DNA from: Cloacimonetes bacterium SCGC AAA252-N17
GTDB taxonomy: Bacteria; Cloacimonadota; Cloacimonadia; JGIOTU-2
Direction: 5' to 3'
Assembly: GCA_000404785.1 (NCBI GenBank)
Contig: ASNI01000004.1
Coordinates: 4,047-68,046, forward strand
Length of the DNA stretch: 64,000 nucleotides
The notes beneath the pieces were generated by a model, which saw only the letters and a program-made list of their open reading frames with translations, ran no database searches and had not been told where the DNA came from. The translations under genes were made by a program, and so were the position numbers. How positions within the stretch are numbered: the first letter of the stretch is position 1; the number at the start of each line of letters is the position of its first letter. Shown here piece after piece: positions 50,493 to 61,094 of this stretch.

Positions 50493-51833
50493 TTATTTCC
50501 CTATACAAAATCGATCAAATATCGAGTTAATAATATCCTCACTACTTATTTTACCGATTATTTCCTCAAGATATTCACTCGCTTCATGTAGGTCAAAGGC
50601 AATAAATTCAAGCCCCTTTTCTGCTTTTGTCGTTTCTATTGCTTGATCGATTGCTTTCAAGCTTTTTTCTGCAGCCCCGAGCTGTCGAGAGTTGGTAATA
50701 ATGCCACCAGTTAGATCAAATTTCTGTATATCAATATTTTTAATTATTTCTTGCTTCAGCCGGTTTATTCCATCGCCTGTTTTAGCTGAAACATGAATAT
50801 CATGTTCTTTACTGAGTTGATTTCTTTCAATTAAATCAATCTTATTCAAAACTCTCAGTATTTTTATGCCTTTAAGATTCAGTTCTGGTGTTTCACGTGA
50901 AACACTGCAATCCTCTATCCACAAAATCAAATGAGCATTCTTGATTATATTATATGATTTTTCAATGCCATATTTTTCTATTTTGTCTGTGCTCTCTCTT
51001 AATCCTGCTGTATCGAAAAGTCTCACCAAGTAGCCCTCAAGAGCGATATCCTCCTCGATATAATCACGTGTGGTTCCGGGAAATTCGGTTACTATCGCCC
51101 TCTCGTTCTCAATTATTTTATTAAACACACTTGATTTACCTGCATTTGTAGGACCTGCTATCACAACTCTGTAACCATCATGAAGAATCAAGCCCTCATG
51201 GGCAGTTGCGATCAATCTTTCAATCCTTGCTTTAATATCTTTAAGGATATTAAGATAATCTTCATATTTTTTATGCTCTAATCCTTGTTCAGAAAAATCT
51301 ATATCCAGCTCAATTTCAGATCTTATTGAAGATATGTCCTTCAAAATTAAACTAATCGAATGATGTAATTTCCCTTCAAGCTGATATATTGCTGACTGCA
51401 ATGAATGCTTTGTTGAAGCATGAATTAGATCAATAACTGCCTCTGCTTCAGTGAGGTCGATCTTACCATTTAGAAACGCTCTTTTTGTAAATTCACCCTT
51501 TTCAGCATGCCTTGCACCATTTTTTAGAATAGTTTGAAGAACTCGCTGCGTTACAAAAGAACCACCGTGGCAGCTTATTTCTAAGACATCCTCTCCTGTA
51601 AAACTATTTGGCTTTTTGAAAACCGATACAAGGGCTTCATCAATTAATGCTTTCTCATCATAAATTTTCCCATAGTATATATGATGTGATTGCATTTCTT
51701 TTACAGAGAGGTTGGTTTTAAAAATTTTCTTGAGAATTTCAGTACAATCTGACCCGCTTATTCTAATTACAGAAATGCCGCCAATGCCCGGAGGTGTCGA
51801 AACTGCTGCGATCGTATCATTATGATCAATCAT
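50493..51833 (-). CDS. mnmE: tRNA modification GTPase MnmE (TrmE)
   Basis: G-domain motifs GPTNAGKSS / DTAG / NKID. The C-terminal CIGK motif is diagnostic. Confidence 0.92.
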   Translation of the reverse strand: MIDHNDTIAAVSTPPGIGGISVIRISGSDCTEILKKIFKTNLSVKEMQSHHIYYGKIYDEKALIDEALVSVFKKPNSFTGEDVLEISCHGGSFVTQRVLQTILKNGARHAEKGEFTKRAFLNGKIDLTEAEAVIDLIHASTKHSLQSAIYQLEGKLHHSISLILKDISSIRSEIELDIDFSEQGLEHKKYEDYLNILKDIKARIERLIATAHEGLILHDGYRVVIAGPTNAGKSSVFNKIIENERAIVTEFPGTTRDYIEEDIALEGYLVRLFDTAGLRESTDKIEKYGIEKSYNIIKNAHLILWIEDCSVSRETPELNLKGIKILRVLNKIDLIERNQLSKEHDIHVSAKTGDGINRLKQEIIKNIDIQKFDLTGGIITNSRQLGAAEKSLKAIDQAIETTKAEKGLEFIAFDLHEASEYLEEIIGKISSEDIINSIFDRFCIGK

Positions 51834-53698
51834 AATGTGAGTATATATGAATAAATATTTTGTGTTGTAAGACCTATCTTTTCTCTTAAAATATTCGCAT
51901 CACCAAAAGTGACAAATTCATCCGGAAGTCCGAAACGATTAATATTAAAATGGATATTAAGTTCATTACATTTTTCAAGAACTGCTGTACCGAACCCTCC
52001 ATAAAGTGCATTTTCTTCAATAGTAATTAGATTTTTAACCTTTTGCTTGTGCAGTTCTTTTAATATATCCCCATCGATTGGTTTAATAAATCGTGCATTA
52101 ATAAGGAAGGGGTGAACATCCTTCTTCATGAGCTTATTATAAACCTCGAAACCTATCTTAAAACTTGTTCCTGCACATAATATTGCTGTTCTTTGCCCTT
52201 CACATACAACTTCAAATTTACCCAAACGTATTTTCTCTTTTTTTAGGTCATACTCATCAATAACACCCCGCGGATAACGAACCGCAATTGGACCTTTGTC
52301 ATACTTATTCATAAATAGAAGCATTCCTTTAAATTCATCTCCATCTTTTGGTGCCATAATGACCATATTGGGAATACATCGCAAGTAAGAAAGATCAAAA
52401 ACGCCGTGGTGTGTGGGTCCATCCTCTCCGACAAGACCCCCCCTATCTACTGCAAATCTAACCGGTAATTTCTGGAGTGCCACATCGTGTATTATTTGAT
52501 CATAGGCGCGTTGTAGAAATGTAGAATATATTGCAACGTAAGGTTTCAAGCCCTCGGTAGCCATTCCCGCTGCAAAGGTCACAGCATGTTGTTCCGCAAT
52601 TCCAACGTCGTAAAATCTATCAGAAAATTTATCTCTGAAAGCACTAAGACCGGTGCCATCACACATTGCTGCAGTTATCGCAACTACGTCTTTGTCATTT
52701 TCTGCAATCTCTGTTAATGTGTCTCCAAAAAGTTGAGAGTATGAAGGTTTTGTGTGTTTGAATTTTGTTTTATTTATTTCTCCAGTTATGTTGTTGAAGG
52801 ATGAAACGCCATGGAACTTGGTGGCATCATTTTCTGCAAATTCATATCCCTTCCCCTTTTTCGTAATTACGTGTATAAGTGCCGGTTCGCTAATATTATT
52901 ACTCACCTGTTTGAGAATCTTTATTACAGTCGGCAGATCATGTCCGTCGATCGGTCCTACATATCTGAAACCCAGATCCTCGAAGAGACTATTTGGTATG
53001 ACCATATTGAGTATACTCTCTTCAAATCTACGTGCACCGGTTATTATCTTATTTCTAATTATTTTGGGAAGTGTCTGAACCATATTCCATACATCATTTT
53101 TGACTCTGTTGTAATGATGCCCTGAAAGCACATTTGCTAAATAGTGATGTATTCCCCCAACATTCTTTGATATTGACATTGAATTATCGTTCAGGATCAC
53201 AACAATATCTTTTTTCAAACCGCCAATATTATTAAGACCTTCAAATGCTTCTCCGGCAGTGAGAGCACCATCTCCTATCACTACGATTGTTTTTTCGGGT
53301 CTTTGCTTATGCTCTTTTGCGACAGAAATACCCAGAGCAGCCGAGAGTGATGTGCTGCTATGCCCCACGCCAAAAGCATCATACTTACTTTCTGATATCG
53401 AATTAAAACCACTTAAACCGCCATATTGCCGTAAATTATCAAACGCTGTATTTCTTTCTGTTAATATCTTATATGCATAAGATTGATGTCCAACATCCCA
53501 AATAATTCTACTCTTTAGCGGATCAAACACATTTAAAAGAGCAACAGTGAGTTCGACTACTCCGAGACTTGGGGCAAGATGTCCGCCTGTTTTCGACGTA
53601 ACTTCAATAATTCTTTCTCTAATATCTTTGCATAATTCTTTTAATTCAAGTAAATTCAATTTTTTAAGATCTTCGGGATTTTTCACTTTTTCTAACAT
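51830..53698 (-). CDS. dxs: 1-deoxy-D-xylulose-5-phosphate synthase
   Basis: ThDP-binding motif GDGALTAGEAFEGLNN, the segment GHSSTSLSAALG, and a transketolase-like C-terminus. Confidence 0.92.
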   Translation of the reverse strand: MLEKVKNPEDLKKLNLLELKELCKDIRERIIEVTSKTGGHLAPSLGVVELTVALLNVFDPLKSRIIWDVGHQSYAYKILTERNTAFDNLRQYGGLSGFNSISESKYDAFGVGHSSTSLSAALGISVAKEHKQRPEKTIVVIGDGALTAGEAFEGLNNIGGLKKDIVVILNDNSMSISKNVGGIHHYLANVLSGHHYNRVKNDVWNMVQTLPKIIRNKIITGARRFEESILNMVIPNSLFEDLGFRYVGPIDGHDLPTVIKILKQVSNNISEPALIHVITKKGKGYEFAENDATKFHGVSSFNNITGEINKTKFKHTKPSYSQLFGDTLTEIAENDKDVVAITAAMCDGTGLSAFRDKFSDRFYDVGIAEQHAVTFAAGMATEGLKPYVAIYSTFLQRAYDQIIHDVALQKLPVRFAVDRGGLVGEDGPTHHGVFDLSYLRCIPNMVIMAPKDGDEFKGMLLFMNKYDKGPIAVRYPRGVIDEYDLKKEKIRLGKFEVVCEGQRTAILCAGTSFKIGFEVYNKLMKKDVHPFLINARFIKPIDGDILKELHKQKVKNLITIEENALYGGFGTAVLEKCNELNIHFNINRFGLPDEFVTFGDANILREKIGLTTQNIYSYILTL

Positions 53699-54324
53699 GT
53701 AGCATCTCCATTCTTAACTAACGCAGTAATTTGCCCGATCCACTGTAATATTTCTTCTCTACCAATCTTTGATTTTGAAGAAAATCCAATAATTTCGTGA
53801 TGTGGTAATAATAAAAATTGATCTTTTAGCGCCCTTATCTTTATTGCTACTTGAGATTTGCCTAATTTGTCTGCTTTTGTAGGAACAAGCAATATTTCTT
53901 TTCCATGAGACAATATCCATTCTTTTGCATCAATATCTTTTTTATCTGCATCATGCCGTATATCCACTATCAATATAAATCCAAAAAGATTTTTTCTCTT
54001 TGAAATATAATCATCGATAAGTCTTTTCCAATCCTGTTGCATTTTCTCAGATATTTTTGAATAGCCATATCCTGGAAGATCAGCAAAATTAAGCTTCTCT
54101 TTTTGATCACCATATTGGAACGACACCTCGAAAATGTTTATCGTTCGGGTTTTACCGGGTTTCTTGCTGATTTGAGCAAGGTTCTTTCTTTGAAGCAACG
54201 CATTTATAAGTGAAGATTTCCCCACATTAGATCTGCCGATGAATGCTATTTCGGGCAAATCACTTTCTGAAAGATCAGAAAACTTATATGCGCTCTCAAT
54301 AAATTTCGAATCAAGTATTTTCAT
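53692..54324 (-). CDS. engB: Ribosome biogenesis GTP-binding protein EngB/YihA
   Basis: P-loop GRSNVGKSSLINAL. Confidence 0.9.
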   Translation of the reverse strand: MKILDSKFIESAYKFSDLSESDLPEIAFIGRSNVGKSSLINALLQRKNLAQISKKPGKTRTINIFEVSFQYGDQKEKLNFADLPGYGYSKISEKMQQDWKRLIDDYISKRKNLFGFILIVDIRHDADKKDIDAKEWILSHGKEILLVPTKADKLGKSQVAIKIRALKDQFLLLPHHEIIGFSSKSKIGREEILQWIGQITALVKNGDATC

Positions 54325-54697
54325 GAGGTCTATAAATAACAGAATATTTCTCGGATTCGCTTACTTCAATTTCATATACTGAAGTGATTTCACTATTAAA
54401 AACCAATTGAGATTTTTCAAAAATCTTTTGTGCAATTATTTCAGAAGTCGGATTGCAATCGTCGAAACATGCTAAACTATTAAGATTTTCATGGTCAAAT
54501 TCTTTCAACAAATAATTGAATTCCTTCTTCAATATCTTAAAATCAACAGTCATTCCAATCTCGTCAATTTTATTACATATAAGTGCAAGACGAACATTCC
54601 AGTTGTGTCCATGCACATTTGCGCAGTCACCTTTATAGCCCACAATATTATGAGCAGCGCTGAAATTACTTTTAATATTAATTATAAACATAGCCAC
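54311..54697 (-). CDS. queD: 6-carboxy-5,6,7,8-tetrahydropterin synthase (QueD / PTPS family)
   Basis: Motif FSAAHNIVGYKGDCANVHGHNW, with Zn-binding His residues and a catalytic Cys. Confidence 0.85.
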   Translation of the reverse strand: MAMFIINIKSNFSAAHNIVGYKGDCANVHGHNWNVRLALICNKIDEIGMTVDFKILKKEFNYLLKEFDHENLNSLACFDDCNPTSEIIAQKIFEKSQLVFNSEITSVYEIEVSESEKYSVIYRPHENT

Positions 54698-54803
54698 CTC
54701 AACATATGAGCTTATTTATTCTTGTAATTTGTTGTCAAAATATTCTATACTTTCTTGACATCAATATCCTCTTTTCAAGTCTGAGTGCAGTCATGGAGGT
54801 ACA

Positions 54804-56192
54804 ATGATAAAAAAATCAATAATCGAACGCATCCTTCAAAAGGCACTCTCAAATGGGGCAGATTTTTCTGAACTTTTTTTTGAAGATTCCGTCAGCTCTT
54901 CAATTCAGTTGCTTGACAGCAATATCGTCGAGTCAATCAGCGGAAATGATTACGGGGCTGGGATACGAGTTTTTTACGGGCATAAAGCGATCTATGCCTT
55001 TACAAATGATGTTTCAGAAAAGGGACTTCTAACAGCGGCAGAAGCAGTAAGTAAGGCAGAGATTGGAAACAAATCTTTAGAAGCCGTCGATTTGACTGAA
55101 AAATTGTATGATTCTCCACATAAAGTCCTAATACCTTTTGACTCGGTTCATCATCAGGATAAAATTGCATTCATTCATTCAATTGATACTGCATCACGAA
55201 ATTTCTCTGCCTATATTTCACAAGTTAGTATTAATTATATGGAAAAAATCCAAAAGGTCATGATAGCAAACAATGAAGGATTACTTGCCAAGGATCAAAG
55301 AACATATGCACGAATATTTGTAAGCTCAATTGCGAGTAAAGATAACCAGATGCAGACAGGGGGAGAAGGTCCCGGTGCATTAATGGGTTATGAATTCTTC
55401 AATAGTCTCGATCCTGAAGAACTCGGTAGAACAACAGCAGAAAGAGCTGTAAAAATGCTCCTTGCAGATTATGCTCCAAGTGGAAAATTTCCCATCATTA
55501 TTGGAAATGCCTTTGGCGGAGTAATATTTCATGAGGCGTGCGGACATTCTCTTGAGACCACATCTGTTGCAAAAGGGGCTTCTGTATTTTCCGATAAGCT
55601 TGAGAAACAAATTGCCAACTCATGCGTTACTGCGATAGATGACGGAACAATCCCAAACAAATGGGGATCGAGTACAATCGATGATGAAGGCAGTCTCACT
55701 AAGAGAACTGTTCTGATAGACAAAGGTGTTCTCAAGTCCTTTATGATCGACAAACTGGGCGGTTTGAAGATCGGAATGCCTTCCACCGGAAGCGGAAGAA
55801 GACAATCTTACAAATTCGCTCCGACATCTCGAATGAGAAATACTTTTATCAATACTGGAACAGACTCCATTAATGACATGATTTCTTCTGTCGATTTTGG
55901 ATTGTATGCCAAAAAAATGGGTGGAGGTTCTGTTCAACCCGGAACGGGAGATTTCAATTTCGCAGTAGGTGAAGGATATCTTATTGAAAAGGGGAAAGTT
56001 ACAAAACCTGTTCGCGGCGCTACTTTGATCGGTAACGGTCGTGATATTTTAAAAAAGATAAGCATGATAAGCGATGACCTTGAGCTTGCAGAAGGAATGT
56101 GCGGTTCTCAGAGCGGCATCATCCCCACATGCGTTGGACAGCCGACTATCAAAGTTGATGAGATCGTCGTCGGTGGAAGGAAGGAGAAGTAA
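54804..56192 (+). CDS. tldD: Metalloprotease TldD
   Basis: HEACGHSLE metal-binding motif. The 462-aa length and GxGxxG C-terminal region are typical of TldD. Confidence 0.88.
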   Translation: MIKKSIIERILQKALSNGADFSELFFEDSVSSSIQLLDSNIVESISGNDYGAGIRVFYGHKAIYAFTNDVSEKGLLTAAEAVSKAEIGNKSLEAVDLTEKLYDSPHKVLIPFDSVHHQDKIAFIHSIDTASRNFSAYISQVSINYMEKIQKVMIANNEGLLAKDQRTYARIFVSSIASKDNQMQTGGEGPGALMGYEFFNSLDPEELGRTTAERAVKMLLADYAPSGKFPIIIGNAFGGVIFHEACGHSLETTSVAKGASVFSDKLEKQIANSCVTAIDDGTIPNKWGSSTIDDEGSLTKRTVLIDKGVLKSFMIDKLGGLKIGMPSTGSGRRQSYKFAPTSRMRNTFINTGTDSINDMISSVDFGLYAKKMGGGSVQPGTGDFNFAVGEGYLIEKGKVTKPVRGATLIGNGRDILKKISMISDDLELAEGMCGSQSGIIPTCVGQPTIKVDEIVVGGRKEK

Positions 56193-57526
56193 TGTTTGAA
56201 AAAGAATTTCAGCATATACAAAAACTTGCAAAAAAGTATGACATTCAGTATTATGATGTTTATCTCTCGAAATCAAAAGCTTTCTCTGTTAAGATCTTCA
56301 GGCAGGATATTGACAGCTTTAATTATTCAGATTCGACCGGGCTTGGAATTAGAGTTATTCTTGATGATATTACTGGCTATTCTTATACAGAAAAACTAGA
56401 TCGAGAATCATTAGAATCAGCACTTCGCAATGCAAGAGAAAATGCAAAAAGCGTTGATTTCAAGGAAAAAATTGTACTCGATAACTATCCTGCAATCGAC
56501 GAGAATCTCGACATTTACAATAAAGACCTTTCTGGAATTCCAGTTGAAGATAAGATCAAGAAGGCAAAGGAGCTTGAGAAAATTGCACTCGACTATGACA
56601 AAAGGATAGTCAATGTACCTCATGCGCTTATTAGTGATAATGAATCTTTTTTCAAAATTGCAAACTCAAGCGGTTTGAACAAGGAATATTCCACAAATGC
56701 ATGCTATGGCCTTTCTTTTTGTCTTGCAAAAGAAGGAGAGGAAACAAAGTCAGGATACTTTGAAGCACAATCTCGCGATTTCAATGATATTAAACCTCAG
56801 AACATAAGTAATGAAGCAGCCCAAAGAGCACTTGATTTATTAGGTGCACGAGAGATTAAGTCCGATAACTATCCTATCCTTTTTAACAACGAAATGTCCG
56901 CTACTTTATTGAGTACTTTCTGGAGAATATTTTCAGCAAAAACCGTTCAGGAAGGTCAATCACTCCTGAAGGGACAGCTCGGCAAGAATATTGCTCATTC
57001 TATTGTAAATATCATTGATGATGCGCTGCTCAACAATGGTTATAATACTCGTCCTTTCGATGATGAGGGCTATCCTTCTCGGAAGACTGAACTGATTGCT
57101 GATGGTTTGCTGCAATCTTTTCTTCATAACACAATTACAGCACTGAAGGATGGTACTGTTTCAACTGGTAATGCAAGCAGATCATACAAAAGTACAATAA
57201 ATATTTCGCCTTCGAATTTGTACATTAAACCTGGCTTATCTTCCAAAAACGACCTGTATTCTAAATTTCCAAAATGCCTTGAAATCGTCCAATTATCGGG
57301 TATGCACAGTGGATGCAATACAATATCCGGAGATTTTTCAATGGGCGCTCAGGGCTTTTACTGCGAAAATGGAAAAAGAAAATATCCCATACACAACTTT
57401 ACTGTTTCGGGGAATTTCCTCCAACTAATGAAGCAGGTCGTTGGTATTGCCGATGATCTAAAATTTAAGCTTTCTGCAATTGGAGCCCCTTCAATACTGG
57501 TTGAAGATCTTTCGATCAGCGGATAG
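56192..57526 (+). CDS. pmbA: Metalloprotease PmbA/TldE
   Basis: Paralogous to TldD and lacks the HExxxH motif. Translationally coupled to tldD. Confidence 0.85.
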   Translation: MFEKEFQHIQKLAKKYDIQYYDVYLSKSKAFSVKIFRQDIDSFNYSDSTGLGIRVILDDITGYSYTEKLDRESLESALRNARENAKSVDFKEKIVLDNYPAIDENLDIYNKDLSGIPVEDKIKKAKELEKIALDYDKRIVNVPHALISDNESFFKIANSSGLNKEYSTNACYGLSFCLAKEGEETKSGYFEAQSRDFNDIKPQNISNEAAQRALDLLGAREIKSDNYPILFNNEMSATLLSTFWRIFSAKTVQEGQSLLKGQLGKNIAHSIVNIIDDALLNNGYNTRPFDDEGYPSRKTELIADGLLQSFLHNTITALKDGTVSTGNASRSYKSTINISPSNLYIKPGLSSKNDLYSKFPKCLEIVQLSGMHSGCNTISGDFSMGAQGFYCENGKRKYPIHNFTVSGNFLQLMKQVVGIADDLKFKLSAIGAPSILVEDLSISG

Positions 57527-57530
57527 CATC

Positions 57531-58316
57531 ATGCGAGTAGGATTTCTTCAATTCTATCCTGAGCTGTTTCACGAGAAACAGAATCTCGATAAAATATCCT
57601 TGATGTTGCGGAATTGCAATACCGATCTTGTCGTTCTTCCAGAGCTTTGCACAAGTGGTTATTTGTTCGAATCCAAAGAAGAGATGGACCCCTTTTCTTC
57701 AACTGGTAACGGCAGAATTTCTGATTTCTTCAATGATATTACTGTGCGTGAACAAACATCTCTTGTTGCGGGATTTCTTGAAAAAAATGGGGAGCTATTC
57801 TATAATTCGCAAATTCTTATAGATCCTTTTGGAAATCAAACAATTTATCGTAAAACCCATCTATTCTTAAACGAAAAAGATATTTTCGCACCCGGAAATA
57901 CCGGTTTTAAAGTGGCCAAATACAAGAATGCATTTCTTGGGCTTATGGTATGTTTTGACTGGATATTTCCAGAATCTGCCCGCACGCTGTCAGTTATGGG
58001 TGCAGATATACTGTGCCATTCTGCAAATCTTGTAATGCCTTTCTGCCAAAAAGCTATGATCACCCGGTCAATTGAAAATCATGTATATACCATAACAAGT
58101 AATCGTGTCGGGTCTGAAAAAAATAGGGATCAAGCACTTACTTTTACGGGATTGAGCCAGATAACTGATCCATATGGTAATATTTTGATCCAGGCAAATC
58201 AAACTGAAGAAGTGCTCATGAAAGTCGATATTGATCCTGAAATAGCTCGAAATAAAATGATCACAGAAAAGAATCACCTATTCAATGATAGGAGAAAAGA
58301 ATTTTACGATCTATAA
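57531..58316 (+). CDS. Carbon-nitrogen hydrolase family protein (nitrilase superfamily amidohydrolase)
   Basis: Has the VVLPELCTSGY segment with the catalytic Glu-Lys-Cys triad context (…GLMVCFDWIFPE…). The start is taken at MRVGFLQF. Confidence 0.8.
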   Translation: MRVGFLQFYPELFHEKQNLDKISLMLRNCNTDLVVLPELCTSGYLFESKEEMDPFSSTGNGRISDFFNDITVREQTSLVAGFLEKNGELFYNSQILIDPFGNQTIYRKTHLFLNEKDIFAPGNTGFKVAKYKNAFLGLMVCFDWIFPESARTLSVMGADILCHSANLVMPFCQKAMITRSIENHVYTITSNRVGSEKNRDQALTFTGLSQITDPYGNILIQANQTEEVLMKVDIDPEIARNKMITEKNHLFNDRRKEFYDL

Positions 58317-58423
58317 ATATTTCTTACATTACTAACTACTTGTAATTCTAAGACGCCAAAAACTTGACACCAAATCAGGGCTCTCAGAATTGCACATTCT
58401 AAAGTACATCTGGAGGTTTAGCT

Positions 58424-58558
58424 GTGAAAAGAACGTTTCAGCCGCATAATAAACCTAAAAAAAGTTCTCATGGTTTTCGCAAAAGAATGAAAACCAAAGA
58501 TGGTAGAGCGATATTCAAACGTCGTCGTGCAAAACGTCGCAAAAGACTTTCTATATAA
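58424..58558 (+). CDS. rpmH: 50S ribosomal protein L34
   Basis: This ORF is below the track cutoff. It starts at a GTG and encodes [44 protein letters not shown]. It immediately precedes rnpA. Confidence 0.9.
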   Translation: MKRTFQPHNKPKKSSHGFRKRMKTKDGRAIFKRRRAKRRKRLSI

Positions 58559-58564
58559 TGACGC

Positions 58565-58885
58565 GTGAAGAGAATTACTTCTCAAGCAGAATTTGATGCA
58601 TTAAAAAAACATGGTAAACGTAAACATACTCCATATTTTGATATTGTCTCATGTTCTATCAATAAAGGCAACGATTTCGGACTTGCCGTTATTGTTTCAA
58701 AAAAAATTGCAAATGCCGTGAAAAGAAATAAGATTAAACGCTGGATTAAGAACTTTGCTCATACTCATAATGACTTATTTCTTATAAATTATGACTATCT
58801 CGTAATAACTAAACATGGTATTTATGAGTTCGGTCGTGACAATATATATAAGGAACTTGAAAAGGTTCTTGAAGAACGTGAATAA
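58565..58885 (+). CDS. rnpA: Ribonuclease P protein component
   Basis: 106 aa and basic, located directly after rpmH. GTG start. Confidence 0.85.
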   Translation: MKRITSQAEFDALKKHGKRKHTPYFDIVSCSINKGNDFGLAVIVSKKIANAVKRNKIKRWIKNFAHTHNDLFLINYDYLVITKHGIYEFGRDNIYKELEKVLEERE

Positions 58886-59099
58886 AATTATAAATCTTTT
58901 TTCCATACTTTTGATAACAATTTATCAAAAATTCATCTCACCAATTTTCCCTGATGCATGCCGCTTTTATCCATCCTGTTCCATCTATGCAAAGAGTGCG
59001 TTTAAGAAATATGGATTTTTAAAAGCGATGTATTTATCTTCCTGGCGCATACTTAGGTGCAATCCCTGGTCAAGAGGAGGATATGATCCACTACCATAA
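58878..59099 (+). CDS. yidD: Membrane protein insertion efficiency factor YidD
   Basis: Motif YQKFISPIFPDACRFYPSCSIYAKSAFKKYG. A GTG start at 58878 overlaps the end of rnpA. The track shows a longer upstream extension. Confidence 0.85.
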   Translation: MNKIINLFSILLITIYQKFISPIFPDACRFYPSCSIYAKSAFKKYGFLKAMYLSSWRILRCNPWSRGGYDPLP

Positions 59100-59113
59100 A
59101 GGACAAGTAAACT

Positions 59114-60754
59114 ATGGATAAAAAAACAATTATTGCCCTTATCTTGATATTTGTTGTATTCTATTTGAGTAGCAAATATTTTTGGAAACAGCCTGCACCC
59201 CCTCAAACACAACAATCCACTACAGAAAGTGTGGATCCTATAAAGAAAACCCCAAAACCTGCTTCATCTGAAACAAAAGAAGATACTGAAATGGATTTAT
59301 CATTATTGGGTATCCAGTCGGAAGTTCCATTGAACGATGCCATCATACTTGAAAACGAAGACATAAAGGTCATTCTCACAAATCGTGGAGGCAATATCAA
59401 ACAGGTTATCCTGAAAAATATCAAAAATGAAACTCGTGAAGATCCAGTGAATCTCTTTATAAAAGAAAAAGGCATGTTCAATACCGTGTTCTATACGAGC
59501 AGTGATACTATCAATTTAGGAAATCATATTTTTAATCGCGATAACTCATATGATGAGTTCACTGCTGCTTTCTATATTGAAAAAGATGGGAAAAGAATTT
59601 TTGAAAAGCGCTATTCCCTGGATATTAACCATACACTGAATGTTACCATAATAGCAAATGATATGGGCTTTATTGATGCTTATGATATTCAGCTCGATGC
59701 CGGCATCTATTATGATCAGCAGGGTGATAAGCGTTTCAGTACCTATATCGATGTTGTATCCTATGTTGATAATAAGATCGATAAGATCAATTTGAAAAAG
59801 GCAGTATCCGGCGCTTCACAATACGGGAATATAACCTGGACTGCGCTTAAATCAAAATATTTCATGGTTGCAACAATTCCTGAGCGAACTGTAAAACTAA
59901 GAGAGATATTTGTTTCTGCAGACAATAACGCAATTATGGAAAATGCAAGAGTCGAAGTGGGAAGAAATTCGATAGACCACTCCTTCCAGCTTTACTGCGG
60001 CCCCGTTGATTATGACCGCCTGCGGGCTTTTAACATCGGCTTGGAAGATTCTATGAATTTCGGATGGAAGCTGCTTCGCCCAATCAGTAAATTAATTCTA
60101 AAATTATTAAAATTCATATATTCTCTCATTCCAAATTACGGTATTGCGATCATTATCCTTTCGGTCATTCTCAAGTTTGTGTTCTATCCGTTGACCCATA
60201 AGAGCTTCACGGCTGCTCAAAAAATGCAGCAGGTTCAGCCAATGCTGAAAGAGGTTCAGGCGAAATATAAGGGAAATCCCCAGAAGCTTCAGAAGGAAAC
60301 CATGAAGCTTTATAAAGAGCATGGGGTCAGTCCGTTAGGTGGATGTTTGCCGCTGCTCATTCAGTTCCCATTCCTTTTTGCTTTATATCCTGTGCTTCAA
60401 TCCACTATCGAGCTTCGTCATGCGGGCTTTATCTTTTGGCTGAAGGATCTTTCAATTCCGGATCCTTATTATATTTTGCCTATTCTCATGGGTATCACCA
60501 TGTTCTTTCAGCAAAAGTTGATGTCCCAGCAACCAACTCCTAATATGGATGAAAAGCAGCTTGCACAACTCAAAACACAGAAATTTATGATGTACGGTAT
60601 GCCGGTTTTCTTTGTGTTCATCTTCAAATCCTTACCTGCAGGACTCGTGCTTTACTGGTTTACATATAACATACTTTCTGTGATCGAGCAGCTTTCAATC
60701 CGAAAAAAAACTCAAACACTTTCACAGGAAATCGTAGTAGATAAAAAGAAATAA
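59114..60754 (+). CDS. yidC: Membrane protein insertase YidC
   Basis: N-terminal TM helix, a periplasmic domain, and a conserved C-terminal five-TM core (…LPLLIQFPFLFALY…). Confidence 0.9.
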   Translation: MDKKTIIALILIFVVFYLSSKYFWKQPAPPQTQQSTTESVDPIKKTPKPASSETKEDTEMDLSLLGIQSEVPLNDAIILENEDIKVILTNRGGNIKQVILKNIKNETREDPVNLFIKEKGMFNTVFYTSSDTINLGNHIFNRDNSYDEFTAAFYIEKDGKRIFEKRYSLDINHTLNVTIIANDMGFIDAYDIQLDAGIYYDQQGDKRFSTYIDVVSYVDNKIDKINLKKAVSGASQYGNITWTALKSKYFMVATIPERTVKLREIFVSADNNAIMENARVEVGRNSIDHSFQLYCGPVDYDRLRAFNIGLEDSMNFGWKLLRPISKLILKLLKFIYSLIPNYGIAIIILSVILKFVFYPLTHKSFTAAQKMQQVQPMLKEVQAKYKGNPQKLQKETMKLYKEHGVSPLGGCLPLLIQFPFLFALYPVLQSTIELRHAGFIFWLKDLSIPDPYYILPILMGITMFFQQKLMSQQPTPNMDEKQLAQLKTQKFMMYGMPVFFVFIFKSLPAGLVLYWFTYNILSVIEQLSIRKKTQTLSQEIVVDKKK

Positions 60755-60764
60755 ATATTAAATA

Positions 60765-61039
60765 GGGTGTGCTAGGCGGGAAGCCAGCGGTGTCCTGTAA
60801 CCTGCAATCCGCTATAGCAGGGCTGAATTCCAATCTGCGAGATTTGATGTCTGTCTGTGTGGTATACAAGTGGCGTTGAGAGTCAAGTCTAACGCAATCG
60901 GGCTCTGCGAATCTTGTCAGGACCGGAAGGTAGCAGCAATAAGCAGTTCGTCTGATGTGCCGTTAGCAATCTTGGCTTGAGCTAACTACATAGTGCCTTT
61001 CAGAATAGAATTTCAACGTGCGGTGCACACCCATTTTTT
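60765..61039 (+). ncRNA. ffs: Signal recognition particle RNA, long Bacillus-type form with an Alu domain
   Basis: The domain IV motif GTCAGGACCGGAAGGTAGCAGCAATAAGCAG matches the SRP RNA helix 8 consensus. The 5' part (GGGTGTGCTAGGCGGGAAGCCAGCGGTGTCCTGTAACCTGCAATCCGCTATAGCAGGGCTGAATTCC) closely matches the Bacillus scRNA Alu domain. The termini pair with each other (gggtgtgc…gtgcacaccc) and are followed by a T-run. Confidence 0.88.
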
Positions 61040-61094
61040 GCTATGAATAATAAAATTTCTATGATTGAAATAGGATTACTTTTTTTGTTTTAAC

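Noticed and set aside
54698-54803. Possible preQ1 riboswitch upstream of queD.
   Set aside because: The minus-strand leader lacks the conserved preQ1-I stem-loop with an A-rich tail motif. This is only a divergent promoter region shared with tldD.
58364-58392. TTGACA hexamer upstream of rpmH as a sigma70 -35 element.
   Set aside because: No acceptable -10 hexamer at 16 to 18 bp spacing. Promoter consensus in this lineage is uncertain.
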